From Bosea sp. (in: a-proteobacteria) (GTDB lineage Bacteria; Pseudomonadota; Alphaproteobacteria; Rhizobiales; Beijerinckiaceae), in NCBI GenBank assembly GCA_031375185.1, contig JANMHN010000294.1:1-49710 (forward strand): DNA of 49,710 nucleotides, in the 5' to 3' direction. Numbering within the stretch: the first letter of the stretch is position 1; each line of letters starts with the position of its first letter. Under the pieces are notes generated by a model. The model did no database searches. It was not told where the DNA came from and was given only the letters and a program-made list of their open reading frames with translations. The position numbers were made by a program, and so were the translations under genes. Shown here piece by piece: positions 1 through 10,494 of this stretch.

Positions 1-2158
1 GGTGATGGTCACCTATGGCGAGACCGTCCTGCTCGCCACCGTGGTCTCCGCCAAGGAGCCGAAGCCCGGCATCGATTTCTTTCCGCTGACCGTGAACTAC
101 CAGGAAAAAGCGTTCGCAGCCGGACGTATTCCAGGGGGCTATTTCAAGCGTGAAGGCCGCCCATCCGAGCGCGAGACGCTGATTTCCCGCCTGATCGACC
201 GTCCGATACGCCCGCTGTTCGCCGATGGCTACCGCAATGAAACACAGGTCGTCGTCACCGTGCTGCAGCATGATCTGGAAAACGATCCAGACGTGCCGGC
301 CATGATCGGCACCTCCGCCGCCCTGACGCTCTCCGGCGTGCCCTTCATGGGCCCGGTCGGTGCCGCCAAGGTTGGCTATATCGGTGGGCAGTTCAAGCTG
401 AACCCGACCTCTGCCGAACTCAAGGAATCAGAACTCGACCTCACCGTTGCAGGCACCCAGGACGCCGTGCTGATGGTGGAATCGGAAGCGAAGGAGCTTG
501 GCGAAGAGATCATGCTTGCCGCCGTGATGTTCGGCCACAAGCATTTCCAGCCCGTGATCGACGCCATCATCCGTCTTGCCGAGAAGGCTGCCAAGGAACC
601 GCGCAACTACACCGCGCCGGATCATTCTGCGGTCGAGAAGGCTCTGTTGAAGATCGCCGAAAAGGATCTGCGCAAGGCCTACAAGATCACGCAGAAGCAG
701 GAACGCTACATCGCGGTCGACGCGGTCAAGGCCAAGGTCATGGCGGCCATGTTGCCGGAAGGCGGCGAAGCCAAGTTTGACAAGGACCAGGTCAAGGCCG
801 TGTTCAAGAGCACGCAGGCCAAGGTCGTGCGCTTCAACATCCTCGATGACGGCATCCGCATCGATGGCCGCGACGTCAAGACCGTTCGCAAGATCGTGTC
901 GGAAGTCGGCATCCTGCCACGCACCCATGGTTCGGCCCTGTTCACACGCGGCGAAACCCAGGCGCTGGTCGTGGCCACCCTCGGCACCGGCGATGACGAG
1001 CAGTACATCGACGAGCTGGAAGGCACCCGCAAGGAAACCTTCCTGCTGCACTACAACTTCCCGCCCTATTCGGTGGGTGAAGCGGGCCGCATGGGCTCGC
1101 CGGGCCGCCGCGAAATCGGCCACGGCAAGCTGGCATGGCGCGCCATGCGCCCGATGCTGCCGCCGCACCACGAGTTCCCGTACACGCTGCGCCTTGTCTC
1201 CGAGATCACCGAGTCGAACGGCTCGTCCTCGATGGCCACGGTCTGCGGCGCATCACTGGCGCTGATGGATGCGGGCGTTCCGCTGAAGCGCCCGGTGGCC
1301 GGCATCGCCATGGGCCTGATCCTCGAAGGCAAGCGCTTTGCCGTCCTGTCGGACATCCTGGGTGACGAAGACCACCTCGGCGACATGGACTTCAAGGTCG
1401 CCGGCACCGAGAACGGCATCACGTCCTTGCAGATGGACATCAAGATCGCCGGTATCACCGAAGAGATCATGGGCGTCGCCCTGACACAGGCCAAGGACGG
1501 CCGCCTGCACATTCTTGGCGAAATGGCGAACGCGCTGACCACGGCGCGCGCGCAACTCGGCGAGTTTGCGCCGCGCATCGAAACCATGAAGATCCCGGTC
1601 GACAAGATCCGCGAAGTCATCGGCTCGGGCGGCAAGATCATCCGCGAGATCGTCGAGAAGACCGGCGCGAAGATCAACATCGAGGATGACGGCACCGTCA
1701 AGATCGCTTCGCCGGACGGCAAGTCGATCGAGGCCGCGATCAAGTGGATCAAATCGATCGTGTCCGAGCCTGAAATCGGCGTGATCTACGAAGGCACCGT
1801 GGTCAAGACCATGGAATTTGGTGCGTTCGTGAACTTCTTCGGCGCGAAGGACGGCCTCGTCCACATCTCCGAGCTGGCTGCCAACCGCGTGGCCAAGGTG
1901 ACGGACGTGGTCAAGGATGGGGACAAGATCAAGGTCAAGCTCCTCGGTTTCGACGAGCGCGGCAAGATCCGCCTGTCCATGAAGGTGGTCGATCAGGAAA
2001 CCGGTGAAGACCTCACCGAGAAGCTGAAGGCCCAGCGCGACGCCGAGCGCGCCGAACGCGGCGAAGGCCCGGAAGAAGAGCAGCCCGAGCGCACCGAGCG
2101 CCCGCGCCGCGAAGGCGGGGACCGTGGCGGCCGTGAACGCCGCCCAAGGCGCGATTGA
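1..2158 (+). CDS. pnp: Polyribonucleotide nucleotidyltransferase (PNPase), 5' end truncated by window
   Basis: Two RNase PH domains ([34 protein letters not shown]) followed by KH ([11 protein letters not shown]) and S1 (FGAFVNF...GLVHISEL) domains. Confidence 0.98.
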   Translation, partial: VMVTYGETVLLATVVSAKEPKPGIDFFPLTVNYQEKAFAAGRIPGGYFKREGRPSERETLISRLIDRPIRPLFADGYRNETQVVVTVLQHDLENDPDVPAMIGTSAALTLSGVPFMGPVGAAKVGYIGGQFKLNPTSAELKESELDLTVAGTQDAVLMVESEAKELGEEIMLAAVMFGHKHFQPVIDAIIRLAEKAAKEPRNYTAPDHSAVEKALLKIAEKDLRKAYKITQKQERYIAVDAVKAKVMAAMLPEGGEAKFDKDQVKAVFKSTQAKVVRFNILDDGIRIDGRDVKTVRKIVSEVGILPRTHGSALFTRGETQALVVATLGTGDDEQYIDELEGTRKETFLLHYNFPPYSVGEAGRMGSPGRREIGHGKLAWRAMRPMLPPHHEFPYTLRLVSEITESNGSSSMATVCGASLALMDAGVPLKRPVAGIAMGLILEGKRFAVLSDILGDEDHLGDMDFKVAGTENGITSLQMDIKIAGITEEIMGVALTQAKDGRLHILGEMANALTTARAQLGEFAPRIETMKIPVDKIREVIGSGGKIIREIVEKTGAKINIEDDGTVKIASPDGKSIEAAIKWIKSIVSEPEIGVIYEGTVVKTMEFGAFVNFFGAKDGLVHISELAANRVAKVTDVVKDGDKIKVKLLGFDERGKIRLSMKVVDQETGEDLTEKLKAQRDAERAERGEGPEEEQPERTERPRREGGDRGGRERRPRRD

Positions 2159-2194
2159 TTGGCCGCGATTGATCGGCACGACTGAACAACACAC

Positions 2195-2227
2195 ATGGCC
2201 GGGCCTCAAGCCCGGCCATTCTCTTTC
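2195..2227 (+). terminator. GC-rich hairpin after pnp (intrinsic terminator or REP-like palindrome)
   Basis: Perfect 10-bp stem ATGGCCGGGC-ctcaa-GCCCGGCCAT followed by TCTCTTTC. Confidence 0.7.
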
Positions 2228-2253
2228 ATCACGACACCTGATTGAGTTGGCCG

Positions 2254-3465
2254 ATGACCAAGCTGCGCCCCGACACATTGGCCATGACGGCCACGCTCGC
2301 CATGCTGACGGCGCTGGGGCCGCTGGCGACCGACTTCTATCTGCCCTCTGTGCCAGACATTGCCCGCGTCTTCGGCACGACCACGGCTGGCGCGCAGGCG
2401 ACCTTGTCAGCCTTTCTGTTCGGGTTCGCGGCAGGGCAACTGTTTTATGGCCCGCTCTCCGACAGGATGGGGCGCAAGCCCGTGCTGCTCGCGGGCCTTG
2501 CGCTGTTCATCCTTGCCACCATGGCTTGCGCGGCGGCCATCTCCATCGACATGCTGATCGGTGCCCGTTTCGTGCAGGCGCTCGGTGCATCCGCCCCCAT
2601 CGTGCTGGGACGTGCCATGGTGCGCGACCTGTATGAGGGACCGCGAGCCGGGCAAGAACTGGCCCGCATGGGCATGATCATGGGCGTTGTCCCGGCCATC
2701 GCGCCCGTGCTAGGCGGTTTCCTGCAGGACGCTTTCGGGTGGCGCTCGACCTTCATTGCCTCGCTGCTGTTCGCCTCGGCCCTTGGCGTCTGGATCATCA
2801 TGGCGCTTCCTGAAACGCTCCGCAGAAAGCTGGATGAGCCGCTGTCGATCATCGCCATCGTCAAGGGTTTCGGCAGCCTGCTGAAAAGCAGGCCCTACCG
2901 CGCCTATGTCGGACTTGTCAGTCTCGCCTATGGCGGGTTGTTCGCGTTCATCTCGGGCTCTTCCTTCGTGCTGATGGGCATTTATGGCCTCAGCCCGATC
3001 CAATTCGGCTTTTCGTTTGCACTTGGCGTCGTGGGTTTCATCACGGGCACCATCGTGGCGCAGAAACTGGTCTTGCGACGCGGGCTTGATGGCGTCATCA
3101 GGCTTGGCGTGATGTGCCTGGCTGGCGGAGGCGCGCTCATGCTGGCGTTGACGCTGATCGGCACGGGGTCGTCGCTGGAAATCTCGTTGCCCATGGCCAT
3201 CTATGCGGCAGGTGTGGGGCTGACAATGCCGCAGGGCCAGGCCGCCGCGATGATGCCGTTTCCCGACCGTGCGGGCACGGCTTCATCGTTTCTCGGAATC
3301 TGCCAGATGACCTTCGCCGCATTTGTCGGGCTGCTGATCGGGCGGGTGCTGACAGGTTCTGCGCTGCCCGGTTCTGCTTTGCCAATGCCTCTGGTGATCA
3401 CGGCCATCGGCATGGCCGCCCTGCTCCTGTTCGTGGCAACGCGCGGCATTCGCGCCAAGGGGTGA
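2254..3465 (+). CDS. Bcr/CflA family multidrug efflux MFS transporter
   Basis: About 12 hydrophobic segments; D.YLP motif, GPLSDRMGRKPVLL (motif A), GWRSTF; ATG 2254 chosen as start. Confidence 0.92.
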   Translation: MTKLRPDTLAMTATLAMLTALGPLATDFYLPSVPDIARVFGTTTAGAQATLSAFLFGFAAGQLFYGPLSDRMGRKPVLLAGLALFILATMACAAAISIDMLIGARFVQALGASAPIVLGRAMVRDLYEGPRAGQELARMGMIMGVVPAIAPVLGGFLQDAFGWRSTFIASLLFASALGVWIIMALPETLRRKLDEPLSIIAIVKGFGSLLKSRPYRAYVGLVSLAYGGLFAFISGSSFVLMGIYGLSPIQFGFSFALGVVGFITGTIVAQKLVLRRGLDGVIRLGVMCLAGGGALMLALTLIGTGSSLEISLPMAIYAAGVGLTMPQGQAAAMMPFPDRAGTASSFLGICQMTFAAFVGLLIGRVLTGSALPGSALPMPLVITAIGMAALLLFVATRGIRAKG

Positions 3466-3568
3466 TCGGCCCCTGATCGGTGTGGCTTGTGGGGGGCTGG
3501 TTGCCCGGCGGCTGTTCCCGGCATCGATTGCTGCAAACTGTCCTGTTTCGACACGCATGGCCGGTTTA

Positions 3569-3587
3569 TTTACGTCCCGTTAACCAT
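3569..3587 (+). promoter_or_regulatory. CtrA-type box upstream of the gvpN operon (1 mismatch, includes TTAACCAT half site)
   Basis: TTTA-CGTCCCG-TTAACCAT in the intergenic region. Confidence 0.6.
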
Positions 3588-3843
3588 GTCCACATAATCC
3601 TGAACCTGCGTCCTGGCAGCCTGCTGCCTTGGTGCCTGAGGTGGTCCCATTCGGGGGGAATGTCCGTCGCAGTCCGAATATCCTTCTTATTTCCCGATTG
3701 CCTTTGTTCGCGTGTGAAATGTGCCAGACCGATGGCGGCCATTGATGCGGGCCCTCACCGCTCCGGTTTTCATGCACACGGAGAAACGGCACTCGCCGGA
3801 CTGAGCAGGGCCATCGGGACAACTCTTTTCGGGTCTGGGGCAC

Positions 3844-4881
3844 GTGGCTTATCAAACTTCAAGGGCGGCAGCGCCGACATCGACCCCAACAGCACCGCAG
3901 AGCGTGGCGCAGGCCATGGAAAGCGGCGGCACATCCATCGCCGTCACCCTGGTGCCACGCGATGACCTGTTCGAGGACCACTCCCTGCGTGCCATTCAGA
4001 ACCGGGCGCTGGCCTATCTCAGGGCTGGGCTGCATGTGCATCTGCGCGGCATGGCCGGGACCGGCAAGACAACCCTGGCGATCGAGATTGCCGCACGTCT
4101 CGGGCGGCCGGTCATCCTGCTGGCCGGTGACAACTGGTTCACCAGCGCCAACCTGCTTGGCCGTGAAACCGGCTCGAAAACCAAGCAGATCCTCGACCGT
4201 TATGTGCATTCCGTGCAGAAACTCGATGCCTCGACCAGTGCCATCTGGACCGACGAAGCGCTGACCGAAGCTGTCGCGACTGGCTGCACACTGGTCTATG
4301 ACGAATTCACCCGCTCACCGCCTGCTGCCAACAACCCGCTTTTGATGGCGCTGGAAGAACGCATGCTGGTGCTGCCGTCCGGCCCGAACCGGGCCCGCAA
4401 CGTGGCGGCCCACCCCGAGTTCAGGGCCATCTTCACCTCGAACCCCGAAGATTACGCCGCCGTCAACAAGGCGCAGGATGCGCTGCTGGACCGGATGGTG
4501 TCCTTCGATCTGGATGGCTTTGGACGCGAGACCGAGCTTGGCATCGTCGCCATGCGCAGCCAGCTGGCTTCAGATCGCACAGCCCCCATCGTCGATCTGG
4601 TCCGCTCGCTAAGGGCATCGGGCGCGCTCCGCTCAACCGCCTCGATGCGCGGCGCAATCATGATCGGCAAGGTCTGCGCCTCCGAACAGATCAATGCCAG
4701 TGTCGCCGATCCGCGCTTCCTGCAGCTCTGCCAGGACGTGCTAATGCCGCGCGAAGCCGAGAGCCGCGCCATCTTCGTGCGCGAATTTGCGAGGCTGATG
4801 AGCGCGCCGAAAGAGGAGGCCGGAGAGCCTGCTGCTGCACATGTGCCAGAACCGGTCCGACGCACAGGAACCCGCAAATGA
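3844..4881 (+). CDS. gvpN: Gas vesicle AAA+ ATPase GvpN
   Basis: Walker A GMAGTGKTT, Walker B LVYDEFTRS, HPEFRAIFTSNPEDY, QDALLDRM; heads the gvp operon. Confidence 0.93.
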   Translation: MAYQTSRAAAPTSTPTAPQSVAQAMESGGTSIAVTLVPRDDLFEDHSLRAIQNRALAYLRAGLHVHLRGMAGTGKTTLAIEIAARLGRPVILLAGDNWFTSANLLGRETGSKTKQILDRYVHSVQKLDASTSAIWTDEALTEAVATGCTLVYDEFTRSPPAANNPLLMALEERMLVLPSGPNRARNVAAHPEFRAIFTSNPEDYAAVNKAQDALLDRMVSFDLDGFGRETELGIVAMRSQLASDRTAPIVDLVRSLRASGALRSTASMRGAIMIGKVCASEQINASVADPRFLQLCQDVLMPREAESRAIFVREFARLMSAPKEEAGEPAAAHVPEPVRRTGTRK

Positions 4882-5237
4882 TCCCGCGCGCCCGTCGTTT
4901 CAGCCCCGCCAGCGCACCGCACCTGCGCCGCACGTCGCGCAACCGCACGGATGCGGCTGCCGAGCTGGTGCGACTGGAATACGAGCGCGAACGCCTTCTC
5001 AACGAGGTGAAGGACCTGCTCGAGCGTGTGCGCAGGGCCGATGCCCGGCGCGATGGCGTGGACGCCCGCGTGCGCTCGCTGCATGAGCTGCTCGGCATCG
5101 CACCTGTGCAAGGGCCAGAACAGCCCACGACCGTGACCCTGCAAATCAACGGATCGACGCTTTCCGTCGCTTCTCCCACAATTTCCCAATCAAAGGTGCC
5201 CCATGCGCATGATCGAAATCGCCGAAAAGGCGCGTGA
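4878..5237 (+). CDS. Small coiled-coil protein downstream of gvpN (position of GvpV-like accessory genes)
   Basis: ATGA overlap with gvpN stop; helical ELVRLEYERERLLNEV segment. Confidence 0.65.
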   Translation: MIPRARRFSPASAPHLRRTSRNRTDAAAELVRLEYERERLLNEVKDLLERVRRADARRDGVDARVRSLHELLGIAPVQGPEQPTTVTLQINGSTLSVASPTISQSKVPHAHDRNRRKGA

Positions 5238-5466
5238 TGCCGCGGCCCTTCTCACGGGGCTCAAGGTGGATGTCGTGTCCAAGGTCGAGCATCGTGATGG
5301 AAGCTGGGTCGCGCTCGTCGACATGGTCGAAGCCAAGGCGCGCGCCGGCGAAAATGATCTGATCTCGACCTACGAGGTGGTGCTCGACCCGGTCGGCGAA
5401 GTCACCGGATACCAGCGTGTGGCCCGTGCTTACCGCGTCCAGATGGGCGCGGCGAGCGCAGCCTGA
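5203..5466 (+). CDS. gvpO: Gas vesicle protein GvpO/GvpR family
   Basis: 87 aa with W.A.VD.VE and YEVVLD..GEVTGY.RV..Y.R pattern. Confidence 0.85.
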   Translation: MRMIEIAEKARDAAALLTGLKVDVVSKVEHRDGSWVALVDMVEAKARAGENDLISTYEVVLDPVGEVTGYQRVARAYRVQMGAASAA

Positions 5467-5477
5467 AAGTCAGCAAG

Positions 5478-5783
5478 ATGCAACAACCAGCGATGCAGAC
5501 CTCAATGCGGGCCGATGGCCTTGCAGACATCCTCGAACGGGTGCTCGACAAGGGCATCGTCGTGGCGGGCGACATCTCGATCTCGCTGGTGGGCATCGAA
5601 CTGCTCACCATCAAGGTCAGGCTGCTTGTCACCACAGTGGACAAGGCCATGGAGCTTGGCATCAACTGGTGGGAGACGGACCCAATGCTCTCCAGCCGCG
5701 CCGCAGGCCTTGAAGACGAGAACAAGCGCCTGCGCGGCAAGCTCGCCATCCTCGAACGCCGTGTGGCGGATGTGGGAGCCTGA
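5478..5783 (+). CDS. gvpJ: Gas vesicle protein GvpJ (GvpA-like)
   Basis: LADILERVLDKGIVVAGDI...VRLL..TVDKAMELGINWWETDP.LSS. Confidence 0.92.
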   Translation: MQQPAMQTSMRADGLADILERVLDKGIVVAGDISISLVGIELLTIKVRLLVTTVDKAMELGINWWETDPMLSSRAAGLEDENKRLRGKLAILERRVADVGA

Positions 5784-5786
5784 GTG

Positions 5787-6362
5787 ATGAGCCGTCGTCC
5801 CACAGGCCCGACAGGGCGCGAAGCCTTTAGCGAAATCACCACGCGCCTCGGTTCGCTGATGAGCGAAGTCAAGACTGCTTTCGAGCAAGGCCAGGCCGCT
5901 CAGGCCGGTGCAGGAGAGAACGCGGGCGAGAATACCCGCGAGTTCAGCATCGACACACCAGCAGGTCCACTCAAGGGCATGGCCAGTTTTCGCGTCGGCA
6001 CACTGGCTGATCGCGCAGGTGCGTCATCGTCCCGCGATGCCAGCCAGCATGAGGTGAAACGCAAGGCGTCGTCCAGATCCACGGCACAGCCACCCGCAGA
6101 AATGGCAGATGCGCGCGAGCCGCTGGTCGATCTGTTCGACGAGGCTGACGAAATCCTGATCGTGGCCGAACTGCCAGGTGTCAAACCCGAAGAGGTCACC
6201 GTGACCGTCGGCGAAAGCGCCGTGATCATCACGACCACCGGCGCTCGGCGTTTCCGTGCTGTCCAGGTGCTGCCATGCGCCGTGGACGAGGCGTCCCTGA
6301 CCCGCGCCATGCGCAACGGCATCCTTGAGGTTCGCCTCACCAAGATCGGAGCCGCAGCGTGA
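5787..6362 (+). CDS. Hsp20/alpha-crystallin family protein (GvpH-like)
   Basis: C-terminal REPLVDLFDE...AELPGV...NGILEVRL alpha-crystallin domain inside the gvp operon. Confidence 0.85.
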   Translation: MSRRPTGPTGREAFSEITTRLGSLMSEVKTAFEQGQAAQAGAGENAGENTREFSIDTPAGPLKGMASFRVGTLADRAGASSSRDASQHEVKRKASSRSTAQPPAEMADAREPLVDLFDEADEILIVAELPGVKPEEVTVTVGESAVIITTTGARRFRAVQVLPCAVDEASLTRAMRNGILEVRLTKIGAAA

Positions 6363-7135
6363 TCAGCTGGACCTACATCTACGGACTGGTGCGTAGCAGC
6401 GAGACCCATCCCGTTGTCGCGCAACCGATCGTCAATCCCGATGCCGAACTGAGGTTCGTCGTGGTCGGCGAGGTTGCGGCGCTGGTCAGCCAGGTGCCCA
6501 GCGACGACGTTACGGCCAACCGACGCAACATGATGACCCACACGCGCGTGCTGGAAGTCGCCATGCAGGACCGCACCATCGTGCCGGCCCGTTTCGGGAT
6601 GATCGCGGCCAGCGAAGGCCATGTGCTGCGCGGGCTGAGGCCTCAGACCACCAAGCTGATCGGCATGCTCGATGACCTTGACGAGCGCATCGAAGCCGGA
6701 ATCCGCATGACCTGGGATCAGCCCATGCTGATCGCGGAGGTTGTGCGTGAAACCCCGAAACTGGCCAAACTTGCCGAGCAGATGCGCAAGAAGACCGAAG
6801 CCGAAGGTTACTATGACCGGATCGATCTTGGCCGCATGACGGACGAAGCCCTGAAGGCCAAGCGCGACAAGGAAGCAGCCTCCATCCTCAACCGTCTCGC
6901 CACACATGCCGTGCGCAAAGTTGCACTGCCCCCCGGCGAAGACATGGTGATGCTGAACGCCGCGCTGCTGCTGGATCGCTCGCAGGAGCGGGCTTTCATC
7001 AACGAAGTCGAGGCCATCGAACGCGAGAATGGCGACCGCCTGCGCATCAAGGTGGTCTCGCCCGTGCCCGCCTACAACTTCGCCAACCTCACGCTCAACG
7101 TCGATATTGCCGAACCTCTGAAAGGGGCCGCCTGA
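6359..7135 (+). CDS. gvpF: Gas vesicle protein GvpF/GvpL family
   Basis: YIYGLV N-terminus, H.RVLE, PARFG, C-terminal PVPAYNF; GTGA overlap with the Hsp20 gene. Confidence 0.88.
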   Translation: MISWTYIYGLVRSSETHPVVAQPIVNPDAELRFVVVGEVAALVSQVPSDDVTANRRNMMTHTRVLEVAMQDRTIVPARFGMIAASEGHVLRGLRPQTTKLIGMLDDLDERIEAGIRMTWDQPMLIAEVVRETPKLAKLAEQMRKKTEAEGYYDRIDLGRMTDEALKAKRDKEAASILNRLATHAVRKVALPPGEDMVMLNAALLLDRSQERAFINEVEAIERENGDRLRIKVVSPVPAYNFANLTLNVDIAEPLKGAA

Positions 7136-7377
7136 TGCTCTTCAAGCTCTTGGCCATGCCGATCACGGCCCCGCTCGCAGGGGTGCAGTGGATCGGCGAA
7201 AAAATCCACGAAACCGCATTGGCGCAGCTCAATGACCCGGCAGAAATCAAGCGCAAGCTGGCAGCGCTGGAAGCCAAGCTCGATGCCGGCGAAATGTCGG
7301 AAGCAGAGTTCGAGGCACTGGAGGATGAATTGATCCAGCGGCTGAAGACGGCTGCCACGATGATGCGCAGGGAATAG
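7135..7377 (+). CDS. gvpG: Gas vesicle protein GvpG
   Basis: PL.GV.WIGEKI.E.A..L.DP..I...L..LE..LD.GE.SE.EF...EDEL pattern. Confidence 0.9.
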   Translation: MLFKLLAMPITAPLAGVQWIGEKIHETALAQLNDPAEIKRKLAALEAKLDAGEMSEAEFEALEDELIQRLKTAATMMRRE

Positions 7378-7384
7378 CGCCATC

Positions 7385-9511
7385 ATGGCCGGATTGACTC
7401 GCAAGGTTCATGAAGCAGCTCCCGGCGATGCCGGGCGCGGCATTGTGCGCGTCGATCCTTCTGATCTCAAAGCCCTTGGCATCTCGATCGGTGACCTAAT
7501 CGCCATTCATGGCCAACGCGCCGCTTTCGCCCGCGCCATGCCGGTGCAGGGCGAACATCGCGGCCAGGATCGCGTGCTGATCGATGGATCGCTGCGCGCC
7601 AGCGCAGGTGCCAGCGTCGGTGATGAGGTGAAGCTCATTGGAGCCGAGGCAAAGCATGCCGAGCATGTCTCACTGGCCTTGAACGGTGCGGGTGTCGCCG
7701 CCAATCCGGCCTTCATCCGCCAGGTTCGCCGCGCACTGGACGGCGTGCCGCTGGCTGCCGGATCGGTTGTGAAGCTGCGTCTGATCGGCGGGCGCGAGCT
7801 GAATGCCACCGTCACAGCGACAAGGCCGGAAGGTCCGGTTTTGGTCGATGAGGCCACCGACATCACCTGCGCCAGCGCTGCCAATGACAGCGCGCCCTCC
7901 CGCAGCATCTCCTATGAAGATCTTGGCGGGCTTGGCCGGGAACTGGCCCGCGTCCGCGAAATGATCGAGCTGCCGCTGCGCCGCCCCGACATTTTCGAGC
8001 ATCTTGGCATCGAAGCACCCAAGGGCCTGCTGCTCACCGGCCCTCCGGGCACGGGCAAGACGATGATCGCGCGCGCCGTGGCTGAAGAAACCAACGCAGC
8101 GTTTTTCCAGATCAACGGGCCGGAGATCATCGGCAAGCACTATGGCGAGTCAGAGCAGCTCCTCCGCGACATCTTCAAGCGGGCCGAAGCCAAGGCACCG
8201 GCCATCGTCTTCATCGACGAGATCGACGCTATCGCGCCCAAGCGCGAGATGTTGAACGGCGACCGTCAGGTCGAGCGGCGCATCGTGGCGCAACTGCTGA
8301 CCCTGCTCGACGGCATGTCCGCGCGCGGCAACGTGATCGTCATCGCTGCGACGAACATCCCGGATTCGCTAGACCCGGCCCTGCGTCGCCCTGGCCGGTT
8401 CGACCGCGAGATCACCATCGGCGTGCCGGACCGTCCGGGCCGCCGCGAAATCCTGCAGGTGCATCTGCGCGGCATGCCGCTAGGCGATGACGTCGAACTG
8501 GATGCGCTGGCAGGCATGACACATGGCTATGTTGGCGCGGACCTGGCCGCATTGTGCCGGGAAGCGGGCATGTCGGCACTGCGGCGCTCGCTCGATCTGG
8601 CGTCCGCCAACCTGACTGTCGAGATCGACGACATCCGGGTCTTGCGCTCTGATTTCGAGGCTGCCTTCAGCGAAATCAGGCCGTCTGCCGTCCGCGAAGT
8701 CTACACGGATGTGCCCGATGTGAAGTGGGCCGATGTGGCGGGCGTGGACACCGTGCGCGATACCCTGATCGAGGCTGTCGTCTGGCCACTGACCAAGCCG
8801 GGTCTTTATGACAGCTTCGGCATCAAGCCGCGCAAGGGCGTGTTGCTGACGGGCGCTCCCGGCACGGGCAAGACATTGCTTGCAAAGGCACTGGCGACCG
8901 AAGCCAAGGTGAACTTCATTTCCGTGCGCGGTCCGCAACTGCTCAACCAGTTCGTCGGCGAGAGCGAACGTGCCGTGCGGGCCATCTTTGCGAAAGCGCG
9001 ACAGGTGGCGCCAACCATCCTGTTCTTTGACGAAATCGATGCGCTCGCACCCGTGCGCGGTGGCGGCGATGGCGCGGTGCTGGAGCGCGTGGTGGCGCAG
9101 TTCCTCACCGAACTCGACGGCATCGAAGACCTGAAGAACGTGTTCCTGCTGGCGGCCACAAACCGTGTTGACCGGGTCGATCCGGCGCTCCTGCGCCCTG
9201 GGCGGTTCGATCTGACCATCACCATGCCCCTGCCGGATGCAGCCGCAAGAGCTGCGATCCTTGCCATCCACACGCGCGCCATGCCGCTGGCGGACGATGT
9301 CGATCTTGATGCCATTGCCGCCGATACCCATGGTTTTGTCGGTGCTTCACTGGCGGGCCTGGCACAGGCTGCGGGGCTTGAAGCCTTGCGCCGCTGCGCT
9401 GCCAGCGGGCAGCCAGAACGCGTGACCGCGCAGGACTTTGCCGCTGCCACATCTGAACTGAAACGCAGCCTTGCGGCTGCCAACACATTGCCGGAACGAG
9501 CCATATCATGA
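7385..9511 (+). CDS. CDC48/VCP-type double AAA+ ATPase
   Basis: N-domain (DAGRGIVRVD); D1 GPPGTGKT / FIDEID / ALRRPGRFDRE; D2 GAPGTGKT / FFDEID / ALLRPGRFD. Confidence 0.92.
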   Translation: MAGLTRKVHEAAPGDAGRGIVRVDPSDLKALGISIGDLIAIHGQRAAFARAMPVQGEHRGQDRVLIDGSLRASAGASVGDEVKLIGAEAKHAEHVSLALNGAGVAANPAFIRQVRRALDGVPLAAGSVVKLRLIGGRELNATVTATRPEGPVLVDEATDITCASAANDSAPSRSISYEDLGGLGRELARVREMIELPLRRPDIFEHLGIEAPKGLLLTGPPGTGKTMIARAVAEETNAAFFQINGPEIIGKHYGESEQLLRDIFKRAEAKAPAIVFIDEIDAIAPKREMLNGDRQVERRIVAQLLTLLDGMSARGNVIVIAATNIPDSLDPALRRPGRFDREITIGVPDRPGRREILQVHLRGMPLGDDVELDALAGMTHGYVGADLAALCREAGMSALRRSLDLASANLTVEIDDIRVLRSDFEAAFSEIRPSAVREVYTDVPDVKWADVAGVDTVRDTLIEAVVWPLTKPGLYDSFGIKPRKGVLLTGAPGTGKTLLAKALATEAKVNFISVRGPQLLNQFVGESERAVRAIFAKARQVAPTILFFDEIDALAPVRGGGDGAVLERVVAQFLTELDGIEDLKNVFLLAATNRVDRVDPALLRPGRFDLTITMPLPDAAARAAILAIHTRAMPLADDVDLDAIAADTHGFVGASLAGLAQAAGLEALRRCAASGQPERVTAQDFAAATSELKRSLAAANTLPERAIS

Positions 9512-10494
9512 GCACCTACCGCCTGATCGGAATCACCACGCCGCAAGCTGCCGACAAACTGATTGCATCCGGCGCGAACCTGGCGGGCGAACCCTTGCAT
9601 GTGACCCGTTATCCGGGCCTTGCGGCCTTGCAGGTCAAGGGCGAGAAGGCCGGCCTGTTCACGGCGAAGAAAAAGGCACTGGAAGCCATCTTGCAGTTCC
9701 AGCGCCGGCTTGAGGCCGCGCAGATTGCAGGCCCTGTTATTCCGGCTGCGTTCGCCAACCCTTTGCTGGATGGCACTGAAGCCCTGCGGGTGCTGGCTGT
9801 CGGCCACCACCGACTGTCCGAAGCCTTGCAGGTGTTCGACGGTGTCAGACAGTACCAGATCACGGTGTCGTGGAACCCTGCGATCGCGATGGCCCATCAG
9901 GCAACGCAGCCCGCCTTTCAAGCGGCCATGTCTACCGTGGCAGGCGATGCGGCAACACGCGGTGCGGCCATCCGCAACCTGATGGAAGCGGCACGTACCG
10001 AGCTTGGCGCAGCTGCGGTCGCGCGCCTGAGAGGCGCATCGGTGCAACTTGCGCAAGAGCCGCTTGGCTCCGAGAACATGGTCGCCAATGCGGTTGTCCT
10101 TGTCGAGAAAGCAAGGGAAGCTGCGTTTGACGCCGCACTGGAAGACATCGATGCGTCGTTCCCGGACCTTGCCATCAAGCAGCTGGGGCCATTGCCGCCC
10201 GTCTCCTTTGCCAGCATCGTGATCGAACGCCCCAAGGCCCAGGACATTGCCAAAGCAAAACTTGTTCTCAAGATCGATGCACTTGAGGCGGATACATTGA
10301 AAACAGCCTATCGCCACGCGATGAAGGCCGCGCACCCGGATATGGCAGGCGGCAACCAGGGCCAAGCAACCGCGATCACCAACGCTTACCATCTGCTGCA
10401 GCGCCTCGAAGAGGCGAACATGGCGGGAGGGGACCACGTCAAGCCTCTCCTTGTGGATCTTGTCAGCGCCGGAGGCGAACGGTGGGCGGCCTGA
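9508..10494 (+). CDS. GvpL/GvpF-family protein with C-terminal J-domain-like region
   Basis: GPLPPVSF end-of-GvpF/L motif, then LKTAYRHAMKAAHPD...NAYHLL. Confidence 0.78.
   Translation: MSTYRLIGITTPQAADKLIASGANLAGEPLHVTRYPGLAALQVKGEKAGLFTAKKKALEAILQFQRRLEAAQIAGPVIPAAFANPLLDGTEALRVLAVGHHRLSEALQVFDGVRQYQITVSWNPAIAMAHQATQPAFQAAMSTVAGDAATRGAAIRNLMEAARTELGAAAVARLRGASVQLAQEPLGSENMVANAVVLVEKAREAAFDAALEDIDASFPDLAIKQLGPLPPVSFASIVIERPKAQDIAKAKLVLKIDALEADTLKTAYRHAMKAAHPDMAGGNQGQATAITNAYHLLQRLEEANMAGGDHVKPLLVDLVSAGGERWAA

Noticed and set aside
3480-3965. 161 aa ORF upstream of gvpN
   Set aside because: Atypical composition, overlaps gvpN out of frame and spans the likely promoter
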